DNA of 64,000 bases, taken from positions 47,858 to 111,857 of the IMG/VR virus record IMGVR_UViG_3300037471_000902, one strand, 5' to 3'. Both the position numbers and the translations under genes were made by a program. This document shows, piece after piece, positions 21,086 through 31,100 of this stretch (its first letter is position 1; each line of letters begins with the position of its first letter). Under the pieces are notes generated by a model. The model was not told the DNA's origin. It saw only the letters and a list, made by a program, of their open reading frames with translations, and made no database searches. Source of the DNA: a virus.

Positions 21086-21636
21086 AACTTCACAAAATTC
21101 TTCTAGAACAGGAACGTGGCTGGCGCGTTCTGCATGGCGCGGAAGCTGACAAAGATGAGTACGTTGGTGCTCGGGTTGGTACACTAGATGACACAACCTA
21201 CGACGAGCTTGTTGCTATTTTAGGTGAACCAACTGAAAAAAATGTCGGTGATGATTTTGATAAGTGTGCTGTCAAATGGGTCATTCTTGGAAATGATGGA
21301 ACAGTTTGCCGCATTTATGACTACAAGCAGTCCACACAGTACACTGGCGACGAAGACTTAGAATTCAGCAATCTCCATGATGATGAGGATGTTGCTAGGG
21401 AATTGGAAATGAAACAACATGGAAGGTCGCAAACTGAAGCTGAGAGATTGGGGGTTTCGCGTGTCAATTCGTGGAGTATTGGTGGTGGAGCAAACGACAT
21501 TGAAAAGAGATTGCATGATCGGTTCGGGCAAAGGATGACAGCTGGCGTCGCCGTTGAATTAGCCAAAAAAATATTTGGTGATAAAGCTGTTCACAGCATC
21601 TTTGAGAAACCCTTTAGGGACATGTTTAACAGTTAA
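21082..21636 (+). CDS. CTS-like protein (MKLHKILLE) with FSNLHDDED motif
   Basis: ATGA overlap with the upstream gene; shared motif at 21364-21390. Confidence 0.65.
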   Translation: MKLHKILLEQERGWRVLHGAEADKDEYVGARVGTLDDTTYDELVAILGEPTEKNVGDDFDKCAVKWVILGNDGTVCRIYDYKQSTQYTGDEDLEFSNLHDDEDVARELEMKQHGRSQTEAERLGVSRVNSWSIGGGANDIEKRLHDRFGQRMTAGVAVELAKKIFGDKAVHSIFEKPFRDMFNS

Positions 21637-21688
21637 TTTAAAACTCTTGCTGTGATAAAATCATACAGTCGAGGACCCCTCTTGATGT

Positions 21689-22252
21689 ATGAGCATTGAT
21701 GATATCGAACTTTCAGGATCCTTCTTTCGAAGACTTGCTCCATCCGAACAGCAAGTCTTCCTTCAAAATCTCGCAACGCGTCGTAGACGATATGAGGCAA
21801 TTAGCTCAGCGTTACGAGGTGAATGCGGTCTTTCCGAAGAGTGCAAGAAAAAACTTCTCATTGTGGGCGACCGACCCGGTCCATCCAGACCCACAGATCC
21901 TCGATTTCATCATACACCTTTCTATTCCACATTCCACTGTTCAGGATGGCTCAACGCACTTCAGGTTGATGAAGGAACGCCAGAGGACGAGCTCGTCTGG
22001 ATTAACTCTACAAATGAGTTGGGATGCAATCTCCCTGGAAGAATCCTCACAGCGCTAGAACCATGGGGAATTATCTTGCTGGGCGGACATGCAAGTAAGT
22101 GGTTTGAAAGCACTGATGGGAATGAGAACTGGCGAATTCAATTCCGTTTTGACCATCCTCAGTACTGGAAGCGGTTTCGGAACAAGGATCCATATCCTAT
22201 CTTCCGAGAGATGAATGAGTTGATTGCCGGACGCAGAGACAGATTGTGGTAA
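21689..22252 (+). CDS. Uracil-DNA glycosylase superfamily (UDG-like) protein
   Basis: Motif A-like LLIVGDRPG, then PF, SGWL, WINS, IILLGGHA and motif B-like HPQY. GAGG RBS; extended -10-like TGATAAAAT at 21653-21661. Confidence 0.65.
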   Translation: MSIDDIELSGSFFRRLAPSEQQVFLQNLATRRRRYEAISSALRGECGLSEECKKKLLIVGDRPGPSRPTDPRFHHTPFYSTFHCSGWLNALQVDEGTPEDELVWINSTNELGCNLPGRILTALEPWGIILLGGHASKWFESTDGNENWRIQFRFDHPQYWKRFRNKDPYPIFREMNELIAGRRDRLW

Positions 22253-22290
22253 TTTGATTGTCTGAAGGGGTCAGATGAGGCCCAGAGATG

Positions 22291-22320
22291 AAAAAAGGGA
22301 GCCTATGAAAGCTCCCTTTT
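22291..22320. terminator. Bidirectional intrinsic terminator
   Basis: AAAAAAGGGAGC-CTATGAAA-GCTCCCTTTT between convergent genes 21689..22252(+) and 22319..22768(-). Confidence 0.8.
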
Positions 22321-22768
22321 AAGTTGGGTTGGATGTCTCTGGGAGGATCAGATCCTCACCATCAAAAATTTTGACTGTCCCATAACCAAAAACCTTCTCA
22401 AGGGCTTCTCTGTAGCGAAGCTGCAGACTTGGCAAGACAAAACTCGCATGTGAGGAGCGTGATGACTTGACGGTAACATCAGCATGAACTTGATGACCAC
22501 GTGGATACATCTTCTCCTTCTTAAGAAGTTCCTTCACGTGATTAGCTACTTCAGGATCATCGCTCAAATCACTTATCAAGTCATGCTTCAAATCCTTTAG
22601 ATCACCCTTTCTTCGCAGTCCATGCACATAGACGTCCTCGCAATTGCCTAGAGCCTTCTTCAAGGCATCTATGATTTCCGTCTCACTCATCTCTCTACTC
22701 AGCGTGATGACATAGTAGATGGCATAGTATGAGTAATTCTCGGCAAGAAATTGTTTGAACGTGTTCAT
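22319..22768 (-). CDS. CTS-like protein (MNTFKQFLAE) with ISDLSDDPEV motif
   Basis: Closest match in the window to the T4 IP CTS; ATGA overlap with the upstream gene. Confidence 0.65.
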   Translation of the reverse strand: MNTFKQFLAENYSYYAIYYVITLSREMSETEIIDALKKALGNCEDVYVHGLRRKGDLKDLKHDLISDLSDDPEVANHVKELLKKEKMYPRGHQVHADVTVKSSRSSHASFVLPSLQLRYREALEKVFGYGTVKIFDGEDLILPETSNPT

Positions 22769-24348
22769 GCGCTTTCTCTAATTTTTCGGCGGTAGTAATC
22801 CACACCCTGTAGATCAATACCATTCACGGCATTTCCTACGCCGTCATGGTGAATAAGACCATATGCAAACTCGCCCTTTGTAAGCGAAGGATAGCGAGCA
22901 CTGTGTGGCGTCTGCTTGATTGGTTTTCCAGCAATCGTGGTTTTGCCGGACGCATTGTAGCCGTTCCAGTAGGGCTTTATTTCAGCCTTGTAGAATTGAA
23001 TCATTGCTTTTGTGGCTTTATACGCATCACAGCGGTCTGCGCATGCTGTAGTGCCATGATATTTCAATGCAATTTTGTCAAGCATTTGATAGAGCCCCAT
23101 CGCAGAACTTGTTGGGTTCTTAGCATAGGGGTTATATCTAGACTCAATCTTTGCAATGAACTTGATAAGCTTTTTGTCCTCAGCATCTAGTGAACCATCC
23201 TCATCAAGTGCACGCTCAATTTCAGCATTCACCGCGTTGGCATCTGGAATCACACTGGGGGTGCAATCAGATACAGATGGCATCTGATTGCTAGATGGTG
23301 GAGTAGTGCTATTTGGTTCAGATGTTGTGGGATCAGATCCAATCACTAGTGGACAGCCACCACCGCTTCTAGCATTCACTTCGTGCTGCGTAAGTGCTGG
23401 TGACGTGTTAGTTCTTGTTTGATCTGCTGGCTGCGATCCGTCATTCTGGACGGGTGGGGTAATTATTATAGACCCACGAATATACGGGGTCGGATCAACT
23501 GGTGTACTACCACCTAAATGCAGCTCAAAGTGCAGGTGGGGACCAGTGCTAGCACCCGTAGATCCTTCAAGCGCGATGACTTGTCCTTGACGAACTTTTT
23601 GTCCATTGCTTACAAGAAGTTGTTTGCAGTGGGCGTATAGCGTCATGCCTAGAAGTTTACCGTCAGCTGCCTTGTGATTGATTCTAATGCAGTTGCCATA
23701 TCCACCAGCTGATCCAGCAAAGCACACGTCTCCATCAGCAGCAGCTACAATTTTGCCTTGACCCTTTGCACCAGGAGACATGGCAACCCAGTCTTGACCC
23801 TTGTGGAATTTCTGAACTTTAGAGATCGGATGAATGCGTGGGCCGAAACCGCTGTTAACCTTTGCTGATCCTGACGAAGGAACGTACGGTTGGACTAGGG
23901 AGAAGGACTCCCCTTTTGTTGGTTTGCTAGGAGAGAAAGTGAATTGGCGAGAGTCAATGACGCCCTCGCTATCATTCGCGGTGATTGTAATTTGGAACGT
24001 TGCACCTTCTTGCGAGGTGTCAACAGTACCACTCAACTTGCCAGTTGATGAGACAAACGAGAGTCCAGGAACCGATGGACTCATTGTCCACGATGTTGCT
24101 GTGCGAGGTCCCTGTGAAAGCGTAAACGTCTCATCGACTTTCAATTGAGCGTCAGCAGTGATAGAGGTGTTTTGAATTCTATTGACTAAATCTTGGCGCG
24201 CGTCGTCCTTTGGACCCGCATCATTTCCGCGCAATGCGTAGCAATCAATGTTTTCACCGGGCAAAATCTCAGTAAAAGGAACTCCATTGTTTGGAGGAAT
24301 CCTCGTGGGACGTTCATTTACTACCGGTTTTTCGCAACCACAACTCAT
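22765..24348 (-). CDS. Multidomain peptidoglycan hydrolase: Ig-like (He_PIG) + M23 endopeptidase + lytic transglycosylase (SLT-like)
   Basis: PGLSFVSSTGKLSGT (Ig); FGPRIHP...HKGQD and STGPHLHFE (M23 zinc ligands); IAKIESRYNPYAKNPTSSAMGLYQML (SLT catalytic Glu). Confidence 0.85.
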   Translation of the reverse strand: MSCGCEKPVVNERPTRIPPNNGVPFTEILPGENIDCYALRGNDAGPKDDARQDLVNRIQNTSITADAQLKVDETFTLSQGPRTATSWTMSPSVPGLSFVSSTGKLSGTVDTSQEGATFQITITANDSEGVIDSRQFTFSPSKPTKGESFSLVQPYVPSSGSAKVNSGFGPRIHPISKVQKFHKGQDWVAMSPGAKGQGKIVAAADGDVCFAGSAGGYGNCIRINHKAADGKLLGMTLYAHCKQLLVSNGQKVRQGQVIALEGSTGASTGPHLHFELHLGGSTPVDPTPYIRGSIIITPPVQNDGSQPADQTRTNTSPALTQHEVNARSGGGCPLVIGSDPTTSEPNSTTPPSSNQMPSVSDCTPSVIPDANAVNAEIERALDEDGSLDAEDKKLIKFIAKIESRYNPYAKNPTSSAMGLYQMLDKIALKYHGTTACADRCDAYKATKAMIQFYKAEIKPYWNGYNASGKTTIAGKPIKQTPHSARYPSLTKGEFAYGLIHHDGVGNAVNGIDLQGVDYYRRKIRESA

Positions 24349-24351
24349 GGT

Positions 24352-24957
24352 TTATTTTCCTAGCTTGCACTTGAACTTACCATCGTGGAAGTAAAGAGTC
24401 ATCATTACCTGCATCGTTAAGTATGGGAAATATTCATCATTTGTAAATTCATTCCACGCATCAATTACACAATTGATGAAATGTTCACCAGTGATTTCAT
24501 TTGGTGTTAAGTCATCACCCATATAACGACTAAAACCCCTCGTGGCCATGGCGCGCATTGAGGCACTGGCAATGCCAATGCGTTTGAGTTCTCTAAAAAG
24601 AAGATTCAAGCTATCAACAGCATCAAGTAAAGATTGTTCAATCTGTGATTTTTGTTCTGGTATCTCAAGGTCTTCATTTCCATCATAAAGATTGTCTAGG
24701 AAATGTTTGTTGGAATCGGCTTGCTTAATTTGGCAAATGACTGAAATGTTATCATCATTTTTAAATTCGTGCACATTAGTAAAAACCGAGAGATCAATTT
24801 GCTCATTATTTGACTGTAACAGATTTACATATCCTGCTGGCGAGTTGGGATGCAATCTCCCTGGCACCTTGCGGTTAAACGCAGCCTCAAGCATTGTTCT
24901 CACAATATTACTAAGAATTGTCCCGCGCCGATAACTGGCCACTTCGTTTAATTTCAT
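24352..24957 (-). CDS. CTS-like protein (MKLNEVA) with LDNLYDGNEDLEI motif
   Basis: ATGA overlap with the o-spanin stop; shared motif at ~24661-24703. Confidence 0.6.
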   Translation of the reverse strand: MKLNEVASYRRGTILSNIVRTMLEAAFNRKVPGRLHPNSPAGYVNLLQSNNEQIDLSVFTNVHEFKNDDNISVICQIKQADSNKHFLDNLYDGNEDLEIPEQKSQIEQSLLDAVDSLNLLFRELKRIGIASASMRAMATRGFSRYMGDDLTPNEITGEHFINCVIDAWNEFTNDEYFPYLTMQVMMTLYFHDGKFKCKLGK

Positions 24958-25250
24958 TTTGATGATTGTTGATCGAGCTTCTTCTGTTCGTCGCTTAGAA
25001 ACTTTGCGATTTCATGAAGTTTTGCTTCGAGTTCTTCAACGCGCATATTCATTTCGGCTGCCCAACGAGCAACGTCAGATTGATCTGCCTTGTCCCAATC
25101 AACACTAGGTAATGGAGCTGGAATAGTAAGCGATTCTTTGGGAGGAACGCGAAGAATGTATTCCTGCTTTACAACAGTTGTTGGTTCAATCTTTTCCACT
25201 GACGCACAACCCGTCAGCAGAATCATTAATGCTAAAGCGATCTTCTTCAT
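24954..25250 (-). CDS. o-spanin (outer-membrane lipoprotein, Rz1-like)
   Basis: Signal peptide II with lipobox LTGC; Pro-rich linker; C-terminal helix; directly downstream of the i-spanin. Confidence 0.75.
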   Translation of the reverse strand: MKKIALALMILLTGCASVEKIEPTTVVKQEYILRVPPKESLTIPAPLPSVDWDKADQSDVARWAAEMNMRVEELEAKLHEIAKFLSDEQKKLDQQSSK

Positions 25251-25657
25251 TTCTTCTTCCTTTTCTGGATGTCCTTTAGAGTCTCACGAAGAACGGGAGC
25301 AATAGTTCCGTTGTTTCGTGGATCCTTCAGCATCTCATCAATTTTCTTGTTAGCGTCAGCGAGATTTGCTTGGCTGACTTGCTTTTGTTTAGCGAGTTCT
25401 GCAATCAACGCTTGAGCATCCTTGCGCTCTTCCAAAAGCTTCTTGTTAGCTTCTACCGTAGATTGATTTGCCTTAGCAGCTTCTTCAAGATTAAACTTCA
25501 GCGTGGTATTGTTGGCTTTCAAAATAGCGTTGTTCTCTTGAAGCGTAGACACTTGCTTCTCAGCAGAGTGGAGTTGAAACCTTGTGAGACCCAGAATTAG
25601 TGCGAGTACCAAAACTGCACCAATGAGGACCTTTGTCAAAATGCTACCGGTGAACAT
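25247..25657 (-). CDS. i-spanin (inner-membrane anchored coiled coil, Rz-like)
   Basis: N-terminal TM, long coiled coil, C-terminal IAPVLRETL; coupled to the lipoprotein gene. Confidence 0.75.
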   Translation of the reverse strand: MFTGSILTKVLIGAVLVLALILGLTRFQLHSAEKQVSTLQENNAILKANNTTLKFNLEEAAKANQSTVEANKKLLEERKDAQALIAELAKQKQVSQANLADANKKIDEMLKDPRNNGTIAPVLRETLKDIQKRKKK

Positions 25658-25689
25658 ATTTTCCCTTTTACTTCATCCATGACTGAACA

Positions 25690-26010
25690 TCATAGCTTCT
25701 TGCTCGTCAGACCTCGCATAAACTTCATATGGTCGTCACGTACTTTCTGTTTCGCAAAGCCAGCAGGTTTTGCAAACTTTTCAAACTTAGCCCGATCCAT
25801 TTGAAAGTCGAGATTAGGATTACTAGCATCACAGAATTGTACAACCGTGTCAGTTAGATCAGTGATTTGGTACAGGTGATCATCGTAGACCGCTACTTCA
25901 CCTTTTTTAAAGAATGAATATGCGCGCGTCGAAGTTTTGAATTCAAATTCCATATCTACTTCAAGCGTCATTTCGACTATCAATGACCCCAATTCTTGTA
26001 GAAGTTTCAT
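25690..26010 (-). CDS. Small CTS-like protein (MKLLQEL...), probable paralogue of 26288..26572 and 60002..60334
   Basis: Start moved to ATG 26010 (ATGA overlap); beta-rich core; C-terminal KFMRGL. Confidence 0.55.
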   Translation of the reverse strand: MKLLQELGSLIVEMTLEVDMEFEFKTSTRAYSFFKKGEVAVYDDHLYQITDLTDTVVQFCDASNPNLDFQMDRAKFEKFAKPAGFAKQKVRDDHMKFMRGLTSKKL

Positions 26011-26237
26011 AGAGTTCTGCGTGATGCAGTAGTTAGGGCGCGGAGAGCCGCGTTGAACGCACAAGGTTCGACACGAAGGTTACCCAAATCATAGTCATTT
26101 ATGACTGATTCATCAACTTCATTGAAGTGGAAAATTCCCTTGTTGCCAATCTTCTCAATGTAGTCTAGGCGATAGCCTAAAAACTTCAAGGAAGCTGCTA
26201 GAAGAATGTCTTGGGTTTCGATGGTCTTTTTGGACAT
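26007..26237 (-). CDS. Small protein, DUF5659-like
   Basis: TQDILLAASLKFLGYRL...KGIFHF pattern; AGGA RBS inside a hairpin that contains TAAATA. Confidence 0.5.
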   Translation of the reverse strand: MSKKTIETQDILLAASLKFLGYRLDYIEKIGNKGIFHFNEVDESVINDYDLGNLRVEPCAFNAALRALTTASRRTL

Positions 26238-26239
26238 GT

Positions 26240-26281
26240 TCTTTCCTATAGATTGATCAGATATTTATGATCTAGGAAAGA
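26240..26281 (-). promoter_or_regulatory. Late promoter inside an RBS-occluding hairpin
   Basis: TCTTTCCTA/TAGGAAAGA and GATCA/TGATC arms flank a minus-strand TAAATA at 26262-26267. Confidence 0.6.
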
Positions 26282-26287
26282 TTGGGA

Positions 26288-26572
26288 CTAGCTTTTTAAT
26301 GAATTCAGGAAGGCACGATCAAATTCACGTTTCGGCGACGTCGAATTAAGGAATGTTTTCTCGTCAAGATCGAATAATCCAGCATCAACATCAGTCGCGT
26401 CGATAAAATAGACGCGTCCATTCTTTCTTTCCTTAACAAGGATTTTGTGTCCTGGGGAGAAATAATTGTCAGGAGGCGGGACATTCCCGCACTCGCACCC
26501 GGCTTCGAAAGGCTTCGTGACAACGAACATGTCGGCACTTTCGAATAGATCAAATAAATCACAGACTTTCAT
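26288..26572 (-). CDS. Small CTS-like protein (MKVCDLFDLFE)
   Basis: ATGA coupling; paralogous pattern with 60002..60334. Confidence 0.55.
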   Translation of the reverse strand: MKVCDLFDLFESADMFVVTKPFEAGCECGNVPPPDNYFSPGHKILVKERKNGRVYFIDATDVDAGLFDLDEKTFLNSTSPKREFDRAFLNSLKS

Positions 26573-27123
26573 TCAAATTCCTTCAAATGCTTAATCAACT
26601 CGACAGTCTGTCTGACATCCTTGCTATATTGATACATGGCATCGCGCTGTTTCTGACCGTGCAGCGAGTTTATCTTCTTCAGGTACTCGCGTGAGTTTAG
26701 GTAATGATAGCGCGCACCAACAGCATTCTTAAGCCATTTTTCGAAACCATATTTAAAGCCGTCGCGCGTGAGCACGAATAGTAGGGACCAATCAACACGC
26801 ACCTCAAAACTTTTATCGGGGGTTAGTATACCTTCAAGTGCCTCGAACTCTTTATCAAGTTTCTTAAGCGCTTTGTTAGCTAATGAGCTGAGCTGATCCT
26901 TTTCATCTATGGACAGCAAATCATAGTAGTCAAAGCAAGTATTACTGACGTTCCATTTGAAAGTAACAACATACTCCCCATCACCAGCCCATGCGTATTT
27001 TCTCTTATCGATAGTGACGTTAACGAATTTGTCCGCTTTTGCAAGTTCATGTTTTGCACGTTCAAAATAGATCTTCCTGTACTCTGGTGGGAAGTCACCA
27101 TCGATAAGTTCACTAAATTTCAT
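26569..27123 (-). CDS. CTS-like protein (MKFSELIDGD)
   Basis: ATGA coupling; the N-terminus itself matches the shared LxD[DG] motif. Confidence 0.6.
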   Translation of the reverse strand: MKFSELIDGDFPPEYRKIYFERAKHELAKADKFVNVTIDKRKYAWAGDGEYVVTFKWNVSNTCFDYYDLLSIDEKDQLSSLANKALKKLDKEFEALEGILTPDKSFEVRVDWSLLFVLTRDGFKYGFEKWLKNAVGARYHYLNSREYLKKINSLHGQKQRDAMYQYSKDVRQTVELIKHLKEFE

Positions 27124-27563
27124 TTTCGTCTACCCATGCGGCGATCGTGGGCACGTTGTCTTAATTCATCTTGTACGTCAGGATCATCATGCAGATCATG
27201 AAGTTTCAGCTTGTTTGCAGAAAGATATTGCACGTCTCTTAGCATGTTGTGTGCAGCTAAAGCAATTTCATCTGCTTCAAAGCGACCTGGAGAGTTAGGA
27301 GAAGAGAAGTGCGGTTTGAAGTACTCACTTTTGATTTCATTCTCGTCTCCGAACAGTCGCAGACGAACTTGCTCCATATATTCATGATACTCAATCTCAA
27401 CACACGGGTCATCTTCTTCTGTAGCAGCCGCATTGTAGACGATGAGCATGTGCTCACCATGAAAATCCTCGATATACAGCTTACCACCCCTCAATTCATC
27501 CTTGATGTTCTTGATTGGGTTTTGAATCTTGAAACGATTTTCAAGAAGCTCTATGAATTTCAT
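27120..27563 (-). CDS. CTS-like protein (MKFIELLE) with LHDLHDDPDV motif
   Basis: ATGA coupling; motif at ~27172-27210. Confidence 0.65.
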   Translation of the reverse strand: MKFIELLENRFKIQNPIKNIKDELRGGKLYIEDFHGEHMLIVYNAAATEEDDPCVEIEYHEYMEQVRLRLFGDENEIKSEYFKPHFSSPNSPGRFEADEIALAAHNMLRDVQYLSANKLKLHDLHDDPDVQDELRQRAHDRRMGRRK

Positions 27564-28129
27564 GATACAGCAATAGTGAGCGTATATGTCACTACCAATT
27601 CTCTGTTAGCAGTTTTTAGAATTGGGGAGAAGACAATGTGCGTAAGCAATTTGTTATCTTCAGTGAAGAGACCTAGTTCGTCAAATGCAAACTGTGCATC
27701 TGGGTTAGTATTTGGTGGCGAATCAGAAAGATCCTGTCCGCTTGGTTCACCAGCAGCAATCGTTGCAGTGCAGATCACGATTGATGTGGTTGCTGGATCA
27801 AGACTTTCCTGATACGTGACAGAGTTTTCAGCTGGTGCTGAAACATCCGCGTCATCGATGATTTCTTCATATGTCGCGTTATAGAGATCTGCCGTAGATC
27901 CCGTCACGTTAGGAGCTTGGTAGGTGATTTGGTTAGTGCCATCAATCGATGAACCACCATTACCTAATTTCAATTTGTAGATAACGCCATTCGCGTCATT
28001 AGCAAGGCATCTAGCAATGGCGATAGCCATGTTCTTATTATGGACCGCATTGAACTTGTCAAGAACGACTTCGCCTGTAGCTTTGTCCTGAATAAGGACG
28101 TGACCTTTAACCTGAGTTTGGATTTGCAT
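27560..28129 (-). CDS. Baseplate/tail-collar-like virion protein
   Basis: KGHVLIQD...DKFNAVH, LGNGG, FDELGLF, LLTHIVFSPILK...VTYTL pattern; GGAG RBS; TAAATA at 28154-28159. Confidence 0.65.
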   Translation of the reverse strand: MQIQTQVKGHVLIQDKATGEVVLDKFNAVHNKNMAIAIARCLANDANGVIYKLKLGNGGSSIDGTNQITYQAPNVTGSTADLYNATYEEIIDDADVSAPAENSVTYQESLDPATTSIVICTATIAAGEPSGQDLSDSPPNTNPDAQFAFDELGLFTEDNKLLTHIVFSPILKTANRELVVTYTLTIAVS

Positions 28130-28173
28130 TAAATTTCTCCGTGGAGCTGATTCTATTTATCCATGTGCCTTCA

Positions 28174-31100
28174 TTATCGGGCTGCGTAGTGGGCCGCAAT
28201 TCTTGTTGATGAAAGTACTGTGTTGTAGATTGCTACTTCACCAATTCGCCCCTTGAATGCAGATACTCCCACGCCAACCCCAGCTTCTTGAGCTGCTCCA
28301 ATTCTCCAAGGAACAGTATTGCTGTTAATTGTGATTGTTGCAGTCGACACGCTTCCTTGGCTTACGCCATTTACCCAGAGGGCCGCTGTACCACCAGCGC
28401 TGTATGTAGCAACAACGTGATAATCCTGACCTGGAGTCAAAACGTTAGACAGAACTTCAGCATCTACTGTTAGATCGTTTCCTGTTGATAATCTGAATCT
28501 GAGCTTGTTGATAGATCCATCCCAAACAACGGCAACTGGGAAATCAGAAGCAGTTTGTGGATCATAGATCGTTTTTCCAACAATGAACTGCATTGGCTGT
28601 GTGTTGCTTCCATCCGCGTTGAAGAAGAACTCAATGGACAGCGTTGTGTAGCCTGTTGTAATGCTCGTGTTGACACATGAAGCACTTGTTCCAGAGAACA
28701 AAACAGAACCTCCACCACTTGTGAAACCCGCCTGATTCAAGGTATATGTGCCATTGTACGTTCCAGCAATTCCAGTAGCACCGCCGGCGATTCCAGTAGA
28801 GCCACTGTTAAAGGCGGTGGTACCAATTACTTCATTAAGCCTGTAGTACATAACAGGGGAGTCAGCCAATATCTGCTGATGATATCTAGCCGCGACTGGG
28901 AAGACATCTCCAGGAATTGAATAATTGGATGTGTGTCTACCAGTTCCAATTGTTATCCGCACTGGTCCCATATTACCAGTAAAGACAGCTGTAGAGTCAG
29001 GAATACGGGCTGCCTGTGCTGCGCCAAGACACCCAGCATCTGAACTGAAGTTGCCCGATATTGACAAGGTCCCTTCTAAATTACCATTAGCGAAAATGTA
29101 AACAATTGAACCAACTCTTGACATCTCAACAAAGTGCCAAGTACTGAATGCTAGAGCTGTGGTCCCTGTTACAGCACTGCCGCCCTTTTGGAAGTATATA
29201 TTTCCGCTAGCATTGATGCCGAATGACGTTCTGTTGGCAAAATCACCAGTACCATTGGTATATTGTGACCAAATATAGCCGCTGGTTGTTGGATAAATCC
29301 AAGCCTCTACAGTTGCGTCTTCACCAGCAATATGCGCCCCGGCTGGAAGTTCTAGACGCGGAGTACCTCCTGACGGACCAGGGAAAGACATGGTGCTAAA
29401 CCCAGCAAACTTGACAGTCGATGACGAGGATGATAGACCATTGTTGTTTGACAGCGTAATGTTAGCTGGTGACTTATCAGTGAATGACCCATCATTTAGA
29501 ATGAGTTTTACTTGCTGTAAATTCTTGTCATTATTCTCTTTCAGCGTTATGGGAGCTGAGACAGTATTTGAGGCAATTGCCTGCACATCATAGGTAAATG
29601 CATTTGGCTCTGCTGATACATCGTTCATGCCGAGTTTTGGAACGAATGGAGATACTGGCGGAACAAATGGTGCTGTATAGCGCGCAACACCACGTGTAAT
29701 TCTTATATCATCAATATAGCCGCTAAACCACCAGTCATTGTTGCCACCACCATTGGGGTACTGACCAATGCGTATGGCAGTTCCGGGGTCGTACATAGCT
29801 CCCGGTGCGGTCGCAATCGCGACAACTGCACCGTTCACAAAGACACGCATTGCGTTGTTAGCCACTGTGAAAGTAAAAGCAACGTGGTACCATGTGTTTG
29901 TCGTGATGATGCCAGCTGGTGATGCTGCAGCAGTAACAACGGTTCCAGAGCTGGTGCCTATTGTGCCAGATATGGAACCGTTGTTGTACACACGAAGTCC
30001 ATATGCTTCTTTCGTGCTACCAGATATTTCTCCCTTTTCTAAAATGCAGCATCCCGTAGATGCTGTACCAAGGGAATTAAGATAAATCCAGGCTTCAATC
30101 GTGAAATCTACTACAGCCAAGTTTAGTGAGCTGCTGTTTTGGACAGCGATAGAATCGTCAACACCATCCAAGAACAGTGCAGATCCGAACTTACCAAATG
30201 AACTAATGAATGGTGCGCCACTGCTGCCTGTTCCCATGCCGACAGTGTTGACGTTAATAGATGCATCAGTGAAAGTTGTCGATCCATTGCTTCCATTAAA
30301 GTTCAACAACAGTGCAACTTGGTTGAAATATGGGTCAACCATTAACGGGAGTGGTGTTGTAGGAATGGGGAATTTATCGATATAGCGCGCGATACCTTTA
30401 CTGATACGGACCTGATCCATATAGCCTGACCAATACTGGTTTGAACCTGAATTATCGCGGCCTATTACGCATCGTGCATCTGCAAAAGTTGCAGATGTTA
30501 CCCATGTTCCAGTGATGACACCATCCACAAATGCTCGTATGCTTGTACCAGAACGACAGAGCGCAATATGAGTCCATCCATTCAGCGCTGGACCTAAAGT
30601 TGATTGCCCCGAAATTTGGTCTGCGTTATTTGAAAAGATCTGCAGAATGCCGTTAGACGCATACAACATGAATCCGATTGAACTGCCCGCAGTCGCCCGA
30701 CCATCGAATAACACATGACCACCAGTGTTGTTAGTCGAGTACACCCACATTTCGATAGTGAAGTCCGACGAACTAAGGTTTATAGCACCGTTAGGGACAC
30801 TTAAGTAACTTGTTGTTCCGTTGAATGAGAATGATAATGAACCAAACTTGGCTTGTGCAGAGGATGTGGTAACTGCAGTATGAGTGATAGCGTTAAGCAG
30901 CTGAGAATAATCCACTGGTCTAGTATTATTCATCGCGCTTAGGATAAGCACGTTCTTGATCCAGTACAGATCCCCAGTATGGGAAAACGGAGTAACAGAT
31001 GGTGTAAATGAACCTGTATATCTTGCCGTTCCATTTGTTACGCGGAAATCTGAAAGGTAGAATTGTGCAGCGCACTCACCCAGAATAATACCACCAACAC

